DNA of 64,000 nt from the IMG/VR virus record IMGVR_UViG_3300046691_000240. One strand, 5' to 3'. Below are positions 26,504-36,244 of the stretch, one piece after another (the stretch's first letter is position 1; every line of letters starts with the position of its first letter). Source of the DNA: an uncultured virus (IMG/VR IMGVR_UViG_3300046691_000240) (Duplodnaviria; Heunggongvirae; Uroviricota; Caudoviricetes). The notes under the pieces are model-generated. The model saw only the letters and a list, made by a program, of their open reading frames with translations, was not told the DNA's origin and did not search any database. Made by a program: the position numbers and the translations under genes.

Positions 26504-26887
26504 ATGTATAGCCAATTGCTAGTTGTTGAATACCGCGCCCTTGAAGCTGAACTGCAAGAGAAGTTGCAGCAGCTCCAGTTGATGCGTGAGAGCGCTGAAT
26601 TTCAGCGCGAAATGAAGTTCGAGAGCACACTGCGTGCGTTGATGCAAGAGTACAACTTCACTGACAGCGCCGTGCTTAACATCATCCGCCGGGAGTCAAC
26701 CCCCCAGCCGGTGAAGAAGGTCGCGGGCCTCAAGAAAGCCGCCAACAGCGGCGGGGAAGTTGAACGTACTTTCATGAACCCCCACACCGGGGAGCGTGTG
26801 ACCGTGCGCAGAATCAACCACCTGACGATCCGCAAGTGGGTCGACCGGTACGGCAAAGAAACCGTGATGTCGTGGCAGCAGCCGTGA
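26504..26887 (+). CDS. Second MvaT/MvaU-like protein
   Basis: EYRALE..EMKFESTLRALM; NPHTGE..NH..W..YGKETVMSW. Confidence 0.82.
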   Translation: MYSQLLVVEYRALEAELQEKLQQLQLMRESAEFQREMKFESTLRALMQEYNFTDSAVLNIIRRESTPQPVKKVAGLKKAANSGGEVERTFMNPHTGERVTVRRINHLTIRKWVDRYGKETVMSWQQP

Positions 26888-27345
26888 TCGTCAACCTCGA
26901 CGCCGAACGACTGAAGCGACAGCTCAGCTCGCTCGACGACACCATGTCCAGTCACTACATTCTTGACGGGCACACCCCTGTGCCCGTCAAGAGCTTCTAC
27001 GAGTGGGCCAGGTGGTACGAGAAAGCGAACCGCCGTGTCGCGGAGACCTGCTTCCCGGGCATCCGCGTCAGCACCGTGTTCCTCAGCCTGGATCACGGTT
27101 TCGGCAACCTCGGAATGCCGATCCTGTTCGAGACCATGGTGTTCGGCGGGCTGTTCCATGAGGAACAGTGGCGCTATGCGACGTGGGAAGAAGCCGAGCA
27201 GGGCCACGCCGATTTGGTGGCCATGGTCGAAGCCCTGCTGCGCCGACTGGCTCGCTATGACCAGATGCGCGCCAGCGTACCGCGCGCCATGCTGCCGAAG
27301 CGGGCGCCGTTCCGTCGCCCTTACGCACAGAGGGCACGCGGATGA
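26884..27345 (+). CDS. Conserved phage hypothetical protein
   Basis: VSTVFLSLDHGF..PILFETMVFGG..RYATWEEAEQGH; start uncertain (alternative ATG26944). Confidence 0.7.
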   Translation: MIVNLDAERLKRQLSSLDDTMSSHYILDGHTPVPVKSFYEWARWYEKANRRVAETCFPGIRVSTVFLSLDHGFGNLGMPILFETMVFGGLFHEEQWRYATWEEAEQGHADLVAMVEALLRRLARYDQMRASVPRAMLPKRAPFRRPYAQRARG

Positions 27346-27578
27346 CCCGACCAAAAACTGAATGCCTGCACATCTGGGTGATCTACTGGAGCCCGTCGGA
27401 CATGCCCGACCTGTTCGTTGCGCGGGAGTGGTGGCAAGAGGGGGGCGAGCCAAAGCCCTCGGAAACAATATTCACCGCCACCACCCTGCAGGGCGTCCGT
27501 GACCTGATCCCTCAAGGGCTGTTCCGCATGGACCGCGCCCCCGGCGACGTGCACGCAATCGTCGAGACATGGTTTTGA
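27342..27578 (+). CDS. Hypothetical protein
   Basis: ATGA overlap; IY..PSDMPDLFVAR..IVETW. Confidence 0.65.
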   Translation: MTRPKTECLHIWVIYWSPSDMPDLFVAREWWQEGGEPKPSETIFTATTLQGVRDLIPQGLFRMDRAPGDVHAIVETWF

Positions 27579-27775
27579 GGCGCCCAGTCCCGGGTTATCG
27601 CACGTTCCGCTGCACTGAATGCAACCACCAATGGCAGGAGCCAACCCGCGACTGTCACTCGCCCTCGGGCGAGCACTGCCCGGATGAAGACTGTATGGAG
27701 TTCACCGCCCCCTGTGACTATGAAGAACACCCCGAATGGACCACCGATGCCAGCGGCAACCTGGTGGGCCAATGA
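27569..27775 (+). CDS. Small zinc-ribbon protein
   Basis: CTECNHQW..CPDEDC. Confidence 0.6.
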   Translation: MVLRRPVPGYRTFRCTECNHQWQEPTRDCHSPSGEHCPDEDCMEFTAPCDYEEHPEWTTDASGNLVGQ

Positions 27776-28119
27776 ATAGCGAAATCGACCTGAGCAGAAC
27801 CATGCCACCAGCACAGACCTACGATTCGAGATCCGCCGACAAGTTTGTGGTGCGTTTCCCCGAAGGGATGCGCAGCAAACTCACGGAAGTGGCGGAAACC
27901 AACCACCGCAGCATGAACTCTGAGGCAGTGATGGGGCTGTGGTGGTGGTGTGAGCGGCAGGTACTGATGGAATCCATGCTGCGCGCGACGGCCCAAGAGC
28001 TGGCTCGCCTGCAGGCCATGAAAGATGCGGACATCGGGATAACGCTGGACGAGATCACCCAGCGTCACCCCCAGACCACGGCCCTCGTGCAGAAACTGCG
28101 GGCCTTGATCGGCAATTAA
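27772..28119 (+). CDS. Arc-family RHH regulator, AmrZ-like
   Basis: YDSRSADKFVVRFPEGMR..HRSMNSE. Confidence 0.85.
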   Translation: MNSEIDLSRTMPPAQTYDSRSADKFVVRFPEGMRSKLTEVAETNHRSMNSEAVMGLWWWCERQVLMESMLRATAQELARLQAMKDADIGITLDEITQRHPQTTALVQKLRALIGN

Positions 28120-28319
28120 CTCGACGCAGCGCTGCGTTCGTCAGCCTGCTCACTCAGCGTCGAGGCCTGCGTTTCCGTCAGGAAGCCGTGGGCCAGCAGG
28201 AACTGCACACAGGTCAATGCCCGCCCGTGGTTGGTGTTGGCCGTCCAGGAGCCGTTCAAAGAGCCCGCCTCGGGCCATGGCTTCACAGGCTTTTTAACTA
28301 CTGTTGGGGTCGTGCTCAC
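28116..28319 (-). CDS. Hypothetical protein
   Basis: GGAG RBS before GTG; fills the gap; the only minus-strand gene called in this arm. Confidence 0.45.
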   Translation of the reverse strand: MSTTPTVVKKPVKPWPEAGSLNGSWTANTNHGRALTCVQFLLAHGFLTETQASTLSEQADERSAASS

Positions 28320-28513
28320 GTCGTTCTCCGGGCCCGCTCGGGCATAGGCTGAAAAGGGAAGGGCGCTCGCCCCTCTCTAAGTGTGGCAGTAAAACCGAAA
28401 ACCCTGACCAACTACTACCCTTAAAGCAATCCGGCCGCGCGGCTGGAGCCCTTGGCCTGCCCGGCTTTCCGGCCGGACGTCGCCCCTGAAACACCCCCTC
28501 TAGAGGTCTTCCC

Positions 28514-28783
28514 ATGCACCTACAGGATCTGAAAGCGTTGCTGCAACAAGGCGTAACCCGCGTGGTGTTTCTCAAGGCCGACGAGAGTGAACGCACGATG
28601 CTGGCCACCACACACCCGTCGGCCATGCCCCCAGCCCCGCCCAACCCTGCAGGGGGTAACAAACCCATGGCCGAAGGACACTTGCTGGTGTGGGATACCG
28701 AAGCCAAGGCGCTGCGCAGTTTCAACAGCGCGCGCCTTCTAGAAGAACCCGTATTGATCGAGGTGCTAGACCGTGAATCCTAA
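28514..28783 (+). CDS. SH3-fold/WYL-like (DUF2693-like) protein
   Basis: VVFLKADESERTMLAT..VWDTEAKALRSF. Confidence 0.65.
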   Translation: MHLQDLKALLQQGVTRVVFLKADESERTMLATTHPSAMPPAPPNPAGGNKPMAEGHLLVWDTEAKALRSFNSARLLEEPVLIEVLDRES

Positions 28784-29510
28784 ACAGATCATCGAGACGG
28801 AGCGCCGCCTCGCGGCGCTGACTTTCGAGCAATCCCCCTGCCGGGCGTTCCGCGTCGAGCCGCAGGGCACCGCCGTGGAGCGCTGGACCCCGCTGAGACC
28901 AGGTGCGGAAGGGCAGAAGTTCCTGCACCACTGGCTGACCGCCATCCAGCGCCGAGCGCTGCGCGAGGTGGGGACCACGCAACTGGAGGTAGGCGTGTGG
29001 CAGCTCGCCCTGGATTTCGGCGAGAAGGTCTGGTCGCTGTACACACTGCGCGCCATGGGCTTTAGCAGCTGGACCCGCATGCACTTTGAACTCGACGGCC
29101 CGCTGAAACTCTGGCCCGAGGGGGTGGTGCTCAGCCCGGACGAAGAACGCAACGCGCTGACCCTCAGCACCGACCTGATCGGCATCGTCCTGCCGGTGAA
29201 CGGCTGGACCGTCGCGGGCTTCGTGTTCAACGAGCACAGCGAGGACGAGTTGCTGGAGCTGGCCACCCAACTGGCGGACGGCACCTACAACCCCGAGGAC
29301 TACTTGACCAAACCGAGCAGCCGCCTCGGCCTGCCCCGGCCGGTGGTGCAAGTGGAGTTCCCCCACGGAGTGCCCCCGGACAAGATTCAATTCATCCCCC
29401 CGCAACCGCGCGTCGAGCTGCACCCGCACGACCCTGGCGCCCCTCGGCTGTTCAAGGAACACTGGGTACTGCGGCTGCTCAACCCGCCTGAGAAAGGAGT
29501 CACACCATGA
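28773..29510 (+). CDS. Hypothetical protein
   Basis: GAGG RBS before GTG; 245 aa. Confidence 0.7.
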   Translation: MNPKQIIETERRLAALTFEQSPCRAFRVEPQGTAVERWTPLRPGAEGQKFLHHWLTAIQRRALREVGTTQLEVGVWQLALDFGEKVWSLYTLRAMGFSSWTRMHFELDGPLKLWPEGVVLSPDEERNALTLSTDLIGIVLPVNGWTVAGFVFNEHSEDELLELATQLADGTYNPEDYLTKPSSRLGLPRPVVQVEFPHGVPPDKIQFIPPQPRVELHPHDPGAPRLFKEHWVLRLLNPPEKGVTP

Positions 29511-29953
29511 CCAATGTTGCCAGCCTCGCCGACCACCGCGCCAAGCGCGGCCTACCCCCGGCGACCCAGCCCGACACCCGCAGCCCGCTGGAGCGGATCG
29601 TGGACCGCTACTGCGCCTACGACTCTCGCCGAGGCCGAGGGGTCCCGGCGAAGGCGGCGTTCCAGCTGATCGCCGGGACCTGTGCCAAGGCCATCGTGCT
29701 ATGGGCCGAGCGTGCGGGCACCCAGGTCGATGACGCCGCACGCTTCCAGTTCTACGCCGTCGGCGACCCCGGGCAGGAGACCCTGCAGGTTCGGGTCAGT
29801 CTGGTGGGCAAGCCGAAAGCGCTACAGTGTGCGATGGAGTTCGCGATGGAGTGCGACACCCTCGACGCCAAGCCGCTCGGCTCCGACCCCCCGCACGCCA
29901 AGATCAAGCCCCTGCTAACCCTGCCGATGTCTTTGTTTTACCGGCTACGCTGA
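29507..29953 (+). CDS. Hypothetical protein
   Basis: AAGGAG RBS, ATGA overlap. Confidence 0.7.
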   Translation: MTNVASLADHRAKRGLPPATQPDTRSPLERIVDRYCAYDSRRGRGVPAKAAFQLIAGTCAKAIVLWAERAGTQVDDAARFQFYAVGDPGQETLQVRVSLVGKPKALQCAMEFAMECDTLDAKPLGSDPPHAKIKPLLTLPMSLFYRLR

Positions 29954-30004
29954 AAGGATCGAGGCGAAGCGATTCGCTATTGAATCCTATCGAGGGGAGT
30001 TGGT

Positions 30005-30526
30005 ATGAGCAGTGAGGAAGGCAAAGAAGCTTGGAAGCTGGAAGACACAAGACTGCAGGTGCTCGATCCGGGCACCCGTGGTTTTGAAATGACTTCAAAG
30101 GAAGCCGCCGTGCGTGGCCACCAAAGCCAACCGGCGACGATCCTCTACGATTCACTGGCCCTGCGCTACAACCAGTGCGAGCCCGGACAAATCATGCTGT
30201 GCTCGCTGCCGAACCGGCCGACCACCAGTAACATGCGCCGCAACCTGCAGGCGCGAGGGCTGACGGAAGACGACTATCGTCTGTTCCGGCCCATGCTCGA
30301 CACCAAGGGCGGGCGCTATCCAAAGGGCAAACAACCGCTGGCAATCCAGCGTTTGACCGCGCGCAACATGAAGACCATCCAACCGTATGCGGCAGAGGCT
30401 GCACAGGTCGCCCGCGAGGCCGAAGAACGCGCCGCGCAAGACGGCATTTTACCAATTGCAAACCCGTCTAAACCGGGGCCTGCAAGCCATTTTCCGGCAG
30501 GAATTGAGGTCGTGGTTAATACTTAA
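30005..30526 (+). CDS. Hypothetical protein
   Basis: GGGGAG RBS; followed by a terminator. Confidence 0.7.
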   Translation: MSSEEGKEAWKLEDTRLQVLDPGTRGFEMTSKEAAVRGHQSQPATILYDSLALRYNQCEPGQIMLCSLPNRPTTSNMRRNLQARGLTEDDYRLFRPMLDTKGGRYPKGKQPLAIQRLTARNMKTIQPYAAEAAQVAREAEERAAQDGILPIANPSKPGPASHFPAGIEVVVNT

Positions 30527-30579
30527 TTTCGTAGGGTTCGAGCGACCACCTCGTTCAAGAGGGTGGCTCTCAAATTTGG

Positions 30580-30605
30580 ATGCCCGGTTCGCCGGGCATT
30601 TTTTT
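30580..30605 (+). terminator. Rho-independent terminator
   Basis: atgcccgg-ttcg-ccgggcat followed by a T-run. Confidence 0.85.
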
Positions 30606-30666
30606 CCTCTCCACTTTGTGCTAAGCACACCGCCCCTCGATTTGGGGGTGCGACCAGGGCGTCCTT

Positions 30667-30930
30667 ATGACCACCTATTGCTACCTGAGTACGAGCCCGG
30701 ACGAGGCCGAAGCAGCAGCCGCCGCCGACCGCCTGTTCTTTCTGCGCGGCATCCTGGAAACCTACAACCTTTCGCACCGCGACCTCGCCAAGTACACCGG
30801 CTACACGCACCACAGCGTGTCGGGCTGGTTCACTGAGCCGCATTCCCCTCGCCACCGTGATGTCCCTGCCCGAGCGGTTGACCGCCTGCGGCTGGAGCTG
30901 CAGAACGGCCACCTCAAGGGCAGCAAATAG
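30667..30930 (+). CDS. XRE-like HTH regulator
   Basis: LSHRDLAKYTGYTHHSVSGW. Confidence 0.65.
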   Translation: MTTYCYLSTSPDEAEAAAAADRLFFLRGILETYNLSHRDLAKYTGYTHHSVSGWFTEPHSPRHRDVPARAVDRLRLELQNGHLKGSK

Positions 30931-30942
30931 GCGAGGTTGCGC

Positions 30943-33777
30943 ATGTATCACTACTACCAACGGTCAGAGCACGACGCCTGGTTTTTGCTGTCCAGTCAGG
31001 GCGATGCTACCCCTGTCGAACTGGCCAAGGCACAGGGCGCGAAGAAGCTGACGATCCTCGCCGTCAACCAGATCATCAGCGACGGCACCGACGAAGATAA
31101 CCCGCGCAACCGGGACAAGGTCGCCTATCGCGGCCCGCTGTACTTCGACATCGACTGCAAGGATGACCTCGGCCAAGCGATCCGCAGCGGGCAGGAACTG
31201 ATCGTTAAGCTGACCCGCATGGGCGTGCCGAAGGACACCCTGCAGGTGTTCCTGTCGGGCAGCAAAGGACTGCACATCCTGGTCAACGAGACGTTGTTCA
31301 CCGGGAAGCGGTTCATCCTGCGCCTGCCGGAAATCTACAAAGAGATGGCGCGCGACTTGTTCGTCATCGGCCTCGACTATTCCGTGTACAGCGGCGGCCG
31401 GGGCAACAGCTTTCGCATCGTCAACCTGCAGCGCCATGACGGAAAGTACCGCGTGCCGGTCACCGTCGACGAACTCAATGAACTGACCGTGGACCGCTAC
31501 CGCGAACTGGTGCAGGGGCCCCGGGAAGTCGAGGTCGATGACCCGCAGGGTCTGGTGGTGCACGAACTGAAGGCGCTGTTCGACGAGGCAAAGAAGCGCG
31601 TCAACGCCAAGCCCAAGCTGGTGATCATCGCGTCGTCGGCCGACATGGAAAAGATTCGGGACCCGGTACCGGCCTGCATCCAGATGCTGGTCGACAGCGA
31701 GGCGGTGAAGGCGTCGTCATCGTTTAACCAGGTGGCGACCCAGCTCGCCAGTTACATCGTCCGCGCCGGGGTCTCGCCGACGGTTGCCGAAGGCCTGTCG
31801 GCACGGCTGGCCAGCAGCGCCACGAGCGGCAAGTACAGCACGCCGAAGGCCCGCCGCGATCACATCGAGGCGCAGATTCGTTACGTCGAGCACACCCCGA
31901 CCTTCAGCTTTGGGTGCAACGCCATCCGCACCTTGCTGAGCAAGCGCCCGTGTGATGGTTGCGCGATCGAGGCGGGCATCGCCAGGGAAGACGACCCGAA
32001 CTCGAACTGGCGCGCTGAGGCCACCCCCGAGGGCTACTGCATCAAACAGGGCGACGGCATGCGGCAGATCACCAACTTCACCCTGCAGCCGGTGGACGTG
32101 TTCATCGACGTGCCGCAGGACGGGACCGAGCCGCGCCGCATCGGCACCCGGATGGACGTGATCAAGGGCGGCGTGAAGATTGCCAACATCGTGTTCGATG
32201 AAGATTCGTTCCTTGGGCGCACGTCCTTCCAGCGCGAGATCGGCGGGATCAGAGACCTGAGCTTTCAAGGCAGCGACCTCGATGTGCAGAAAATAAAAAC
32301 AGCAGTTCACCGCGAGGATCAGGGCGTGGGCGAAATTTTCCAGGTGTACACCGCCGGGGTTCATCTGGACTTCGTCGACAACAACCCCGTGCTGACCTAC
32401 GTCGAACCGGACATGAGCATCAACTCGGTGAAGGTGCGCGGTACCCATCAATTCCTCGGGAACCTGCTGGCCAGGCCATACTTTGCACATACTTCGATGT
32501 GCGAACGCGCGGATCAGGAAGTGGACGAAGCGCTGTTCCACCTGTTCAAGATCAACCAGAAGTTCGAGATCGGCCAACTGATCGGCTGGTGCACGGCGGC
32601 TCACTTCAAGGCGCACTTCATGCACCTCTACAGCCAATTCCCGATCATGGCCCTGTGGGGCAGCGCCGGTACCGGCAAGTCGAAGACGGCGGGGTTGGTC
32701 ACTTGGCTCAACGGCACCGACTACATGCAAAAAGACGCTGGGGTTAGCGCGCCGTCGACCTCGCACTACGCCATGCTCGAATACCTGTCGAGCACCACGA
32801 CCGTGCCGCGCATCATTGAAGAATTCAACAAATCGAAGATGACCCGCACCACCTACACCGACGTGGGGGAGCGGATCAAGCAGGCATGGAACGGGGAGGC
32901 CACGCTCAAAGGGCGGTTGGGCCGCACCGCTGGCGGAACCCGGGGCCGATCCAGCGCCGAAGCCATCGCCATCCCGCTGTCCGCCCCGCTGATTGTGATC
33001 AGCGAACAAGAGATCGAGGTCCCGGCGATTCAGGAACGCAGCATTCGTATCCACCTGACCAAGGTCAAGCGGGCCAATTGCCGCGACCACTTCCGGCTGG
33101 CCAGCAAGGGCCGCGACCACCTGCGCCGGTTCGGCAAAGCCATCATGGCCAACGCCCTGACCACCACCCCGGAATCCATGGAAGCCCTGATGGACAAGGC
33201 GTCCGACCTGCTGCCCGAGGACATGGACGACCGCCCGCGCTACTCGATGCAGGTCACCTTGGTCGGGCTGTGGAAGCTGAAGGAAATCTTGGAACACCTG
33301 CACCTGTTCACCGCGCTGAGTGCGCTCGACCCGATCATCCAGACCGTGATCGACCGCGCTTCGGGTGGCGGCGATGCCTATGTGCAGAGTGAAATCGACC
33401 TAGTCCTGCAGAAAATCGCGGTGATCGTGGCGATCTCGCGCAGCGCCGATGAAGCCAAGATCGGCACCGTCTACCTGTCCGACGGCCTGCAGTACGTGGT
33501 CACCCCGGAATACCTAATTCTTGACCCGGTGCTGGCCCACGCCAGCTACACCAGGTATTGCAACGTCGACGAACGCAGCGTGCCGGTCATCAGCAGCTCG
33601 TCGCAGTTCGTCAAGCTGATCCAGGAAGAACCTTATTTCGTGAAGTACGAGCCCTATGCCGGGATGGCCGGGGGCCGCCAGATGCTGTTCCTCTCGCTGA
33701 AGATGCTGGATCTCAAGGGCATCGACATCAACCTGCTCGGCGCAGGAGGCAATGATGCAAACGCCAACTTTGGCTGA
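30943..33777 (+). CDS. Primase-helicase (AEP primase plus P-loop NTPase)
   Basis: YFDID, SGSKGLH, LDYSVY AEP motifs; Cys cluster; Walker A GSAGTGKS. Confidence 0.85.
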   Translation: MYHYYQRSEHDAWFLLSSQGDATPVELAKAQGAKKLTILAVNQIISDGTDEDNPRNRDKVAYRGPLYFDIDCKDDLGQAIRSGQELIVKLTRMGVPKDTLQVFLSGSKGLHILVNETLFTGKRFILRLPEIYKEMARDLFVIGLDYSVYSGGRGNSFRIVNLQRHDGKYRVPVTVDELNELTVDRYRELVQGPREVEVDDPQGLVVHELKALFDEAKKRVNAKPKLVIIASSADMEKIRDPVPACIQMLVDSEAVKASSSFNQVATQLASYIVRAGVSPTVAEGLSARLASSATSGKYSTPKARRDHIEAQIRYVEHTPTFSFGCNAIRTLLSKRPCDGCAIEAGIAREDDPNSNWRAEATPEGYCIKQGDGMRQITNFTLQPVDVFIDVPQDGTEPRRIGTRMDVIKGGVKIANIVFDEDSFLGRTSFQREIGGIRDLSFQGSDLDVQKIKTAVHREDQGVGEIFQVYTAGVHLDFVDNNPVLTYVEPDMSINSVKVRGTHQFLGNLLARPYFAHTSMCERADQEVDEALFHLFKINQKFEIGQLIGWCTAAHFKAHFMHLYSQFPIMALWGSAGTGKSKTAGLVTWLNGTDYMQKDAGVSAPSTSHYAMLEYLSSTTTVPRIIEEFNKSKMTRTTYTDVGERIKQAWNGEATLKGRLGRTAGGTRGRSSAEAIAIPLSAPLIVISEQEIEVPAIQERSIRIHLTKVKRANCRDHFRLASKGRDHLRRFGKAIMANALTTTPESMEALMDKASDLLPEDMDDRPRYSMQVTLVGLWKLKEILEHLHLFTALSALDPIIQTVIDRASGGGDAYVQSEIDLVLQKIAVIVAISRSADEAKIGTVYLSDGLQYVVTPEYLILDPVLAHASYTRYCNVDERSVPVISSSSQFVKLIQEEPYFVKYEPYAGMAGGRQMLFLSLKMLDLKGIDINLLGAGGNDANANFG

Positions 33778-35287
33778 ATACTTCCAGCAGGCGGGCATCG
33801 AACGCTACCCCGCGTTCGCCCCGTTCGTGCAGCTGGACAAGGTGCCGTTCAAGTCTCAGGTCCAAGGCCTGAGTCTGTGCGTGCACCACCAGTGGTACGG
33901 CCTGCTGGATGAAACCGGCGCCGGGAAATCCATTCCCGTGGTCGGGGCCGCGCTGCACTACATCGGCATGGGCAACAAAGTCGTCGTGGTGACGCTGGCC
34001 ACCCTGATCTACCAGTTCGCCGAAAGCGTGATGGAGGACTTCAAGGGCATCGACAAGTACGTGCGGGTGCATGTGCTCGATCAGCCCCCGGCCAAGCGCG
34101 CCAAGCTGTTCGAGAAGTGGAACGACGAAGGCTGGCCAGAAATGATGGTGCTCAGCTACGAGCTGTTCGGCCACCACAAGCTGTGCGAAACGCTGAAGGC
34201 GCAGGGCTATGACGTCCTCATCACCGACGAGTCGCAGAAGTGGAAGTCGCCGGAATGCACGCTGGCCAAGCGCATCGCGGCCTATGTCGGCGACCCCGAG
34301 AACCCGGACACCGCCTTCCTGCCAATGACTGGCACGCCGATGCACACGTACCTCACGGACTGCTACACCCTGCTGACGTTCCTGTCTCCCGGGGCGTACC
34401 TGTCCTACGACCACTTCGTTCGCCGGCACTGCCGCTTCAAGCGGATCAAGCTGAAGGTGCCGAAGGTGATCAAGGGCGGCAAGATCCTGCGCTACGTCAG
34501 GGAACTGGTGGGCTATCAGCGCCACGCCGAGCTGTCGGCGAACCTGTACTACCGCGCCCGGCGCATCCTGAAAAGCCAGATCCCCGAGCTGCGCGACCTC
34601 AAGGAACCGATCATCAGTGAAGTGGCGGTGAAGTTGGCCCCTGCGCACCAGGAGCTGTACCGCAAGTTGACCGTGGAACGCTTCCTCGAACTCGGGGACG
34701 GCACGCTGCTGAGCGCGCTGCAGGAACAGGAGCTGCGGCAGAAGACGCTGCAGATCGTGACCTGCCCCGAGGCATTCCTGCCGGAAGGCGCCCCGATGGA
34801 CAACCAGATCCTCGCCACCTGCCGCACGCTGATCGACGAAGTCAGCGGCGACAGCAAGGTGATCCTGTTCGTCAACTTTCGGGGCACCGTCGAGCGCTAC
34901 GCCGAGGCCTTCGCCGACCACAACCCGGCGCTGATGTACGGCGAGCTGACCGCCACGCAGCGGGAAGCCAACCGCGACAAGTTCCTGCACGACCCGACCT
35001 GCCGCCTGCTGGTGGCCAACCCGAGATCGGCGGGGGCCGGTTTCAACTTTCAGGGTGTGTCGCACACCGTGATTTTCGCCGAACCGACCGGCTCGCCGGG
35101 CGAGTTCAAACAGGCGATGGACAGGGTTGTGAGGCCGGGCCAGCTCTGGGAATGCAACATCTACGTGCTCAAGGCGCTGCAGACCATTGCGCCGAACGCG
35201 ATCAAAAACATGCTACGCCGCGACACAGACATCAGCCTAGTGACGCTCGATCCCAAGGCGTTGCGGCACTTTTACAACGTCGCATAG
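33752..35287 (+). CDS. SNF2-like SF2 helicase
   Basis: DETGAGKS, DESQ, MTGTP, AGFNFQ, QAMDRVVRPGQ. Confidence 0.88.
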   Translation: MMQTPTLAEYFQQAGIERYPAFAPFVQLDKVPFKSQVQGLSLCVHHQWYGLLDETGAGKSIPVVGAALHYIGMGNKVVVVTLATLIYQFAESVMEDFKGIDKYVRVHVLDQPPAKRAKLFEKWNDEGWPEMMVLSYELFGHHKLCETLKAQGYDVLITDESQKWKSPECTLAKRIAAYVGDPENPDTAFLPMTGTPMHTYLTDCYTLLTFLSPGAYLSYDHFVRRHCRFKRIKLKVPKVIKGGKILRYVRELVGYQRHAELSANLYYRARRILKSQIPELRDLKEPIISEVAVKLAPAHQELYRKLTVERFLELGDGTLLSALQEQELRQKTLQIVTCPEAFLPEGAPMDNQILATCRTLIDEVSGDSKVILFVNFRGTVERYAEAFADHNPALMYGELTATQREANRDKFLHDPTCRLLVANPRSAGAGFNFQGVSHTVIFAEPTGSPGEFKQAMDRVVRPGQLWECNIYVLKALQTIAPNAIKNMLRRDTDISLVTLDPKALRHFYNVA

Positions 35288-35382
35288 ACGACGGCACGAA
35301 TTCCGGTTCGCCGGGATACAAGCAGCGAGACAGCTGCAAATTGAAGATGAAATGAGACGTTGAAGCTCATAGGGGAATGACA

Positions 35383-36168
35383 ATGCCACTGATCAAAGAC
35401 TCAGCAGCAGTAAGCAAGGACGCTGTAGCAACCGCAGAAGCGGACGCTACGAAAGAATCCACCGCCGCTTTGCAGGAAGAAGGCTCCGTTTTGGAAGACC
35501 CTGTCCTGGACCCGGAACCCGTCCATCAACCCTCGCCACAAAGCCACAGCACTGAGGTCGCCCCGCGCGCCGAAGCGCAGGTGGTGCGTGTCAATGGCGG
35601 CCAAATGGCTGCCATGAAAGAAATGGAAGACGCCGGTTTCGGCGGGGGCCATATCGACTTCACCTCGTTTACCAACGTGGTGTTGAAAGATGGTGAGTTC
35701 CAGGTGGTGGGCTCGACCAAGTCGTTCTCGGCAACGTCCGGTTTCGACGGCGTGATCCTGCAGTCGCGTGCCAAATGGGCTATGCGGGTGGGTAACGACG
35801 ACGATGCGGATGTGACGTTCGCCTACGACAAGGCCGACTTCAACAACTCGGAGACGGAAGCCGGGGCCAAGGTCGCCGAATGGAAGGCCGAGGGCTTGAA
35901 GCCGGAAATGAAGGAGTATGCGGAACTTTTCGTTATGGTCGAGACCGTCCATGGCGACGAGTGCAAGGAGCTGGAAGGGGACGCAGTCGTGGTGCAGGTA
36001 GCCCCGATGTCCATCGGCCGCTGGGCCGGTTACAAGTTCAAGCAGCGTGGACGGGTCGGCAAGATGCCGGACGCTTACGTCACCCACTTCTGCCGCGGCG
36101 AGAAAGTCACTGCGGCGAAGTTCCCCTTCTATCCATGGGATTTCCGCTTCGTTCGCCTTAACGCCTGA
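35383..36168 (+). CDS. Putative ssDNA-binding protein
   Basis: Position between helicase and polymerase; acidic region and aromatic beta core; function inferred only. Confidence 0.45.
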   Translation: MPLIKDSAAVSKDAVATAEADATKESTAALQEEGSVLEDPVLDPEPVHQPSPQSHSTEVAPRAEAQVVRVNGGQMAAMKEMEDAGFGGGHIDFTSFTNVVLKDGEFQVVGSTKSFSATSGFDGVILQSRAKWAMRVGNDDDADVTFAYDKADFNNSETEAGAKVAEWKAEGLKPEMKEYAELFVMVETVHGDECKELEGDAVVVQVAPMSIGRWAGYKFKQRGRVGKMPDAYVTHFCRGEKVTAAKFPFYPWDFRFVRLNA

Positions 36169-36190
36169 CCCCTCAGACGGGTTGTGACAC

Positions 36191-36220
36191 CCCGGCGGGC
36201 CTCGGCCTGCCGGGTTTCTT
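36191..36220 (+). terminator. Terminator/attenuator before the polymerase gene
   Basis: cccggcgggc-ctcg-gcctgccggg-tttctt. Confidence 0.7.
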
Positions 36221-36244
36221 CGTCTGAAAGGAATGGGGTGAACA

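Noticed and set aside
30527..30666. tRNA or other ncRNA
   Set aside because: Hairpins are explained by a terminator and leader; no cloverleaf could be built
31717..33303. 528-aa antisense ORF
   Set aside because: Shadow of the primase-helicase gene caused by GC-rich codon bias
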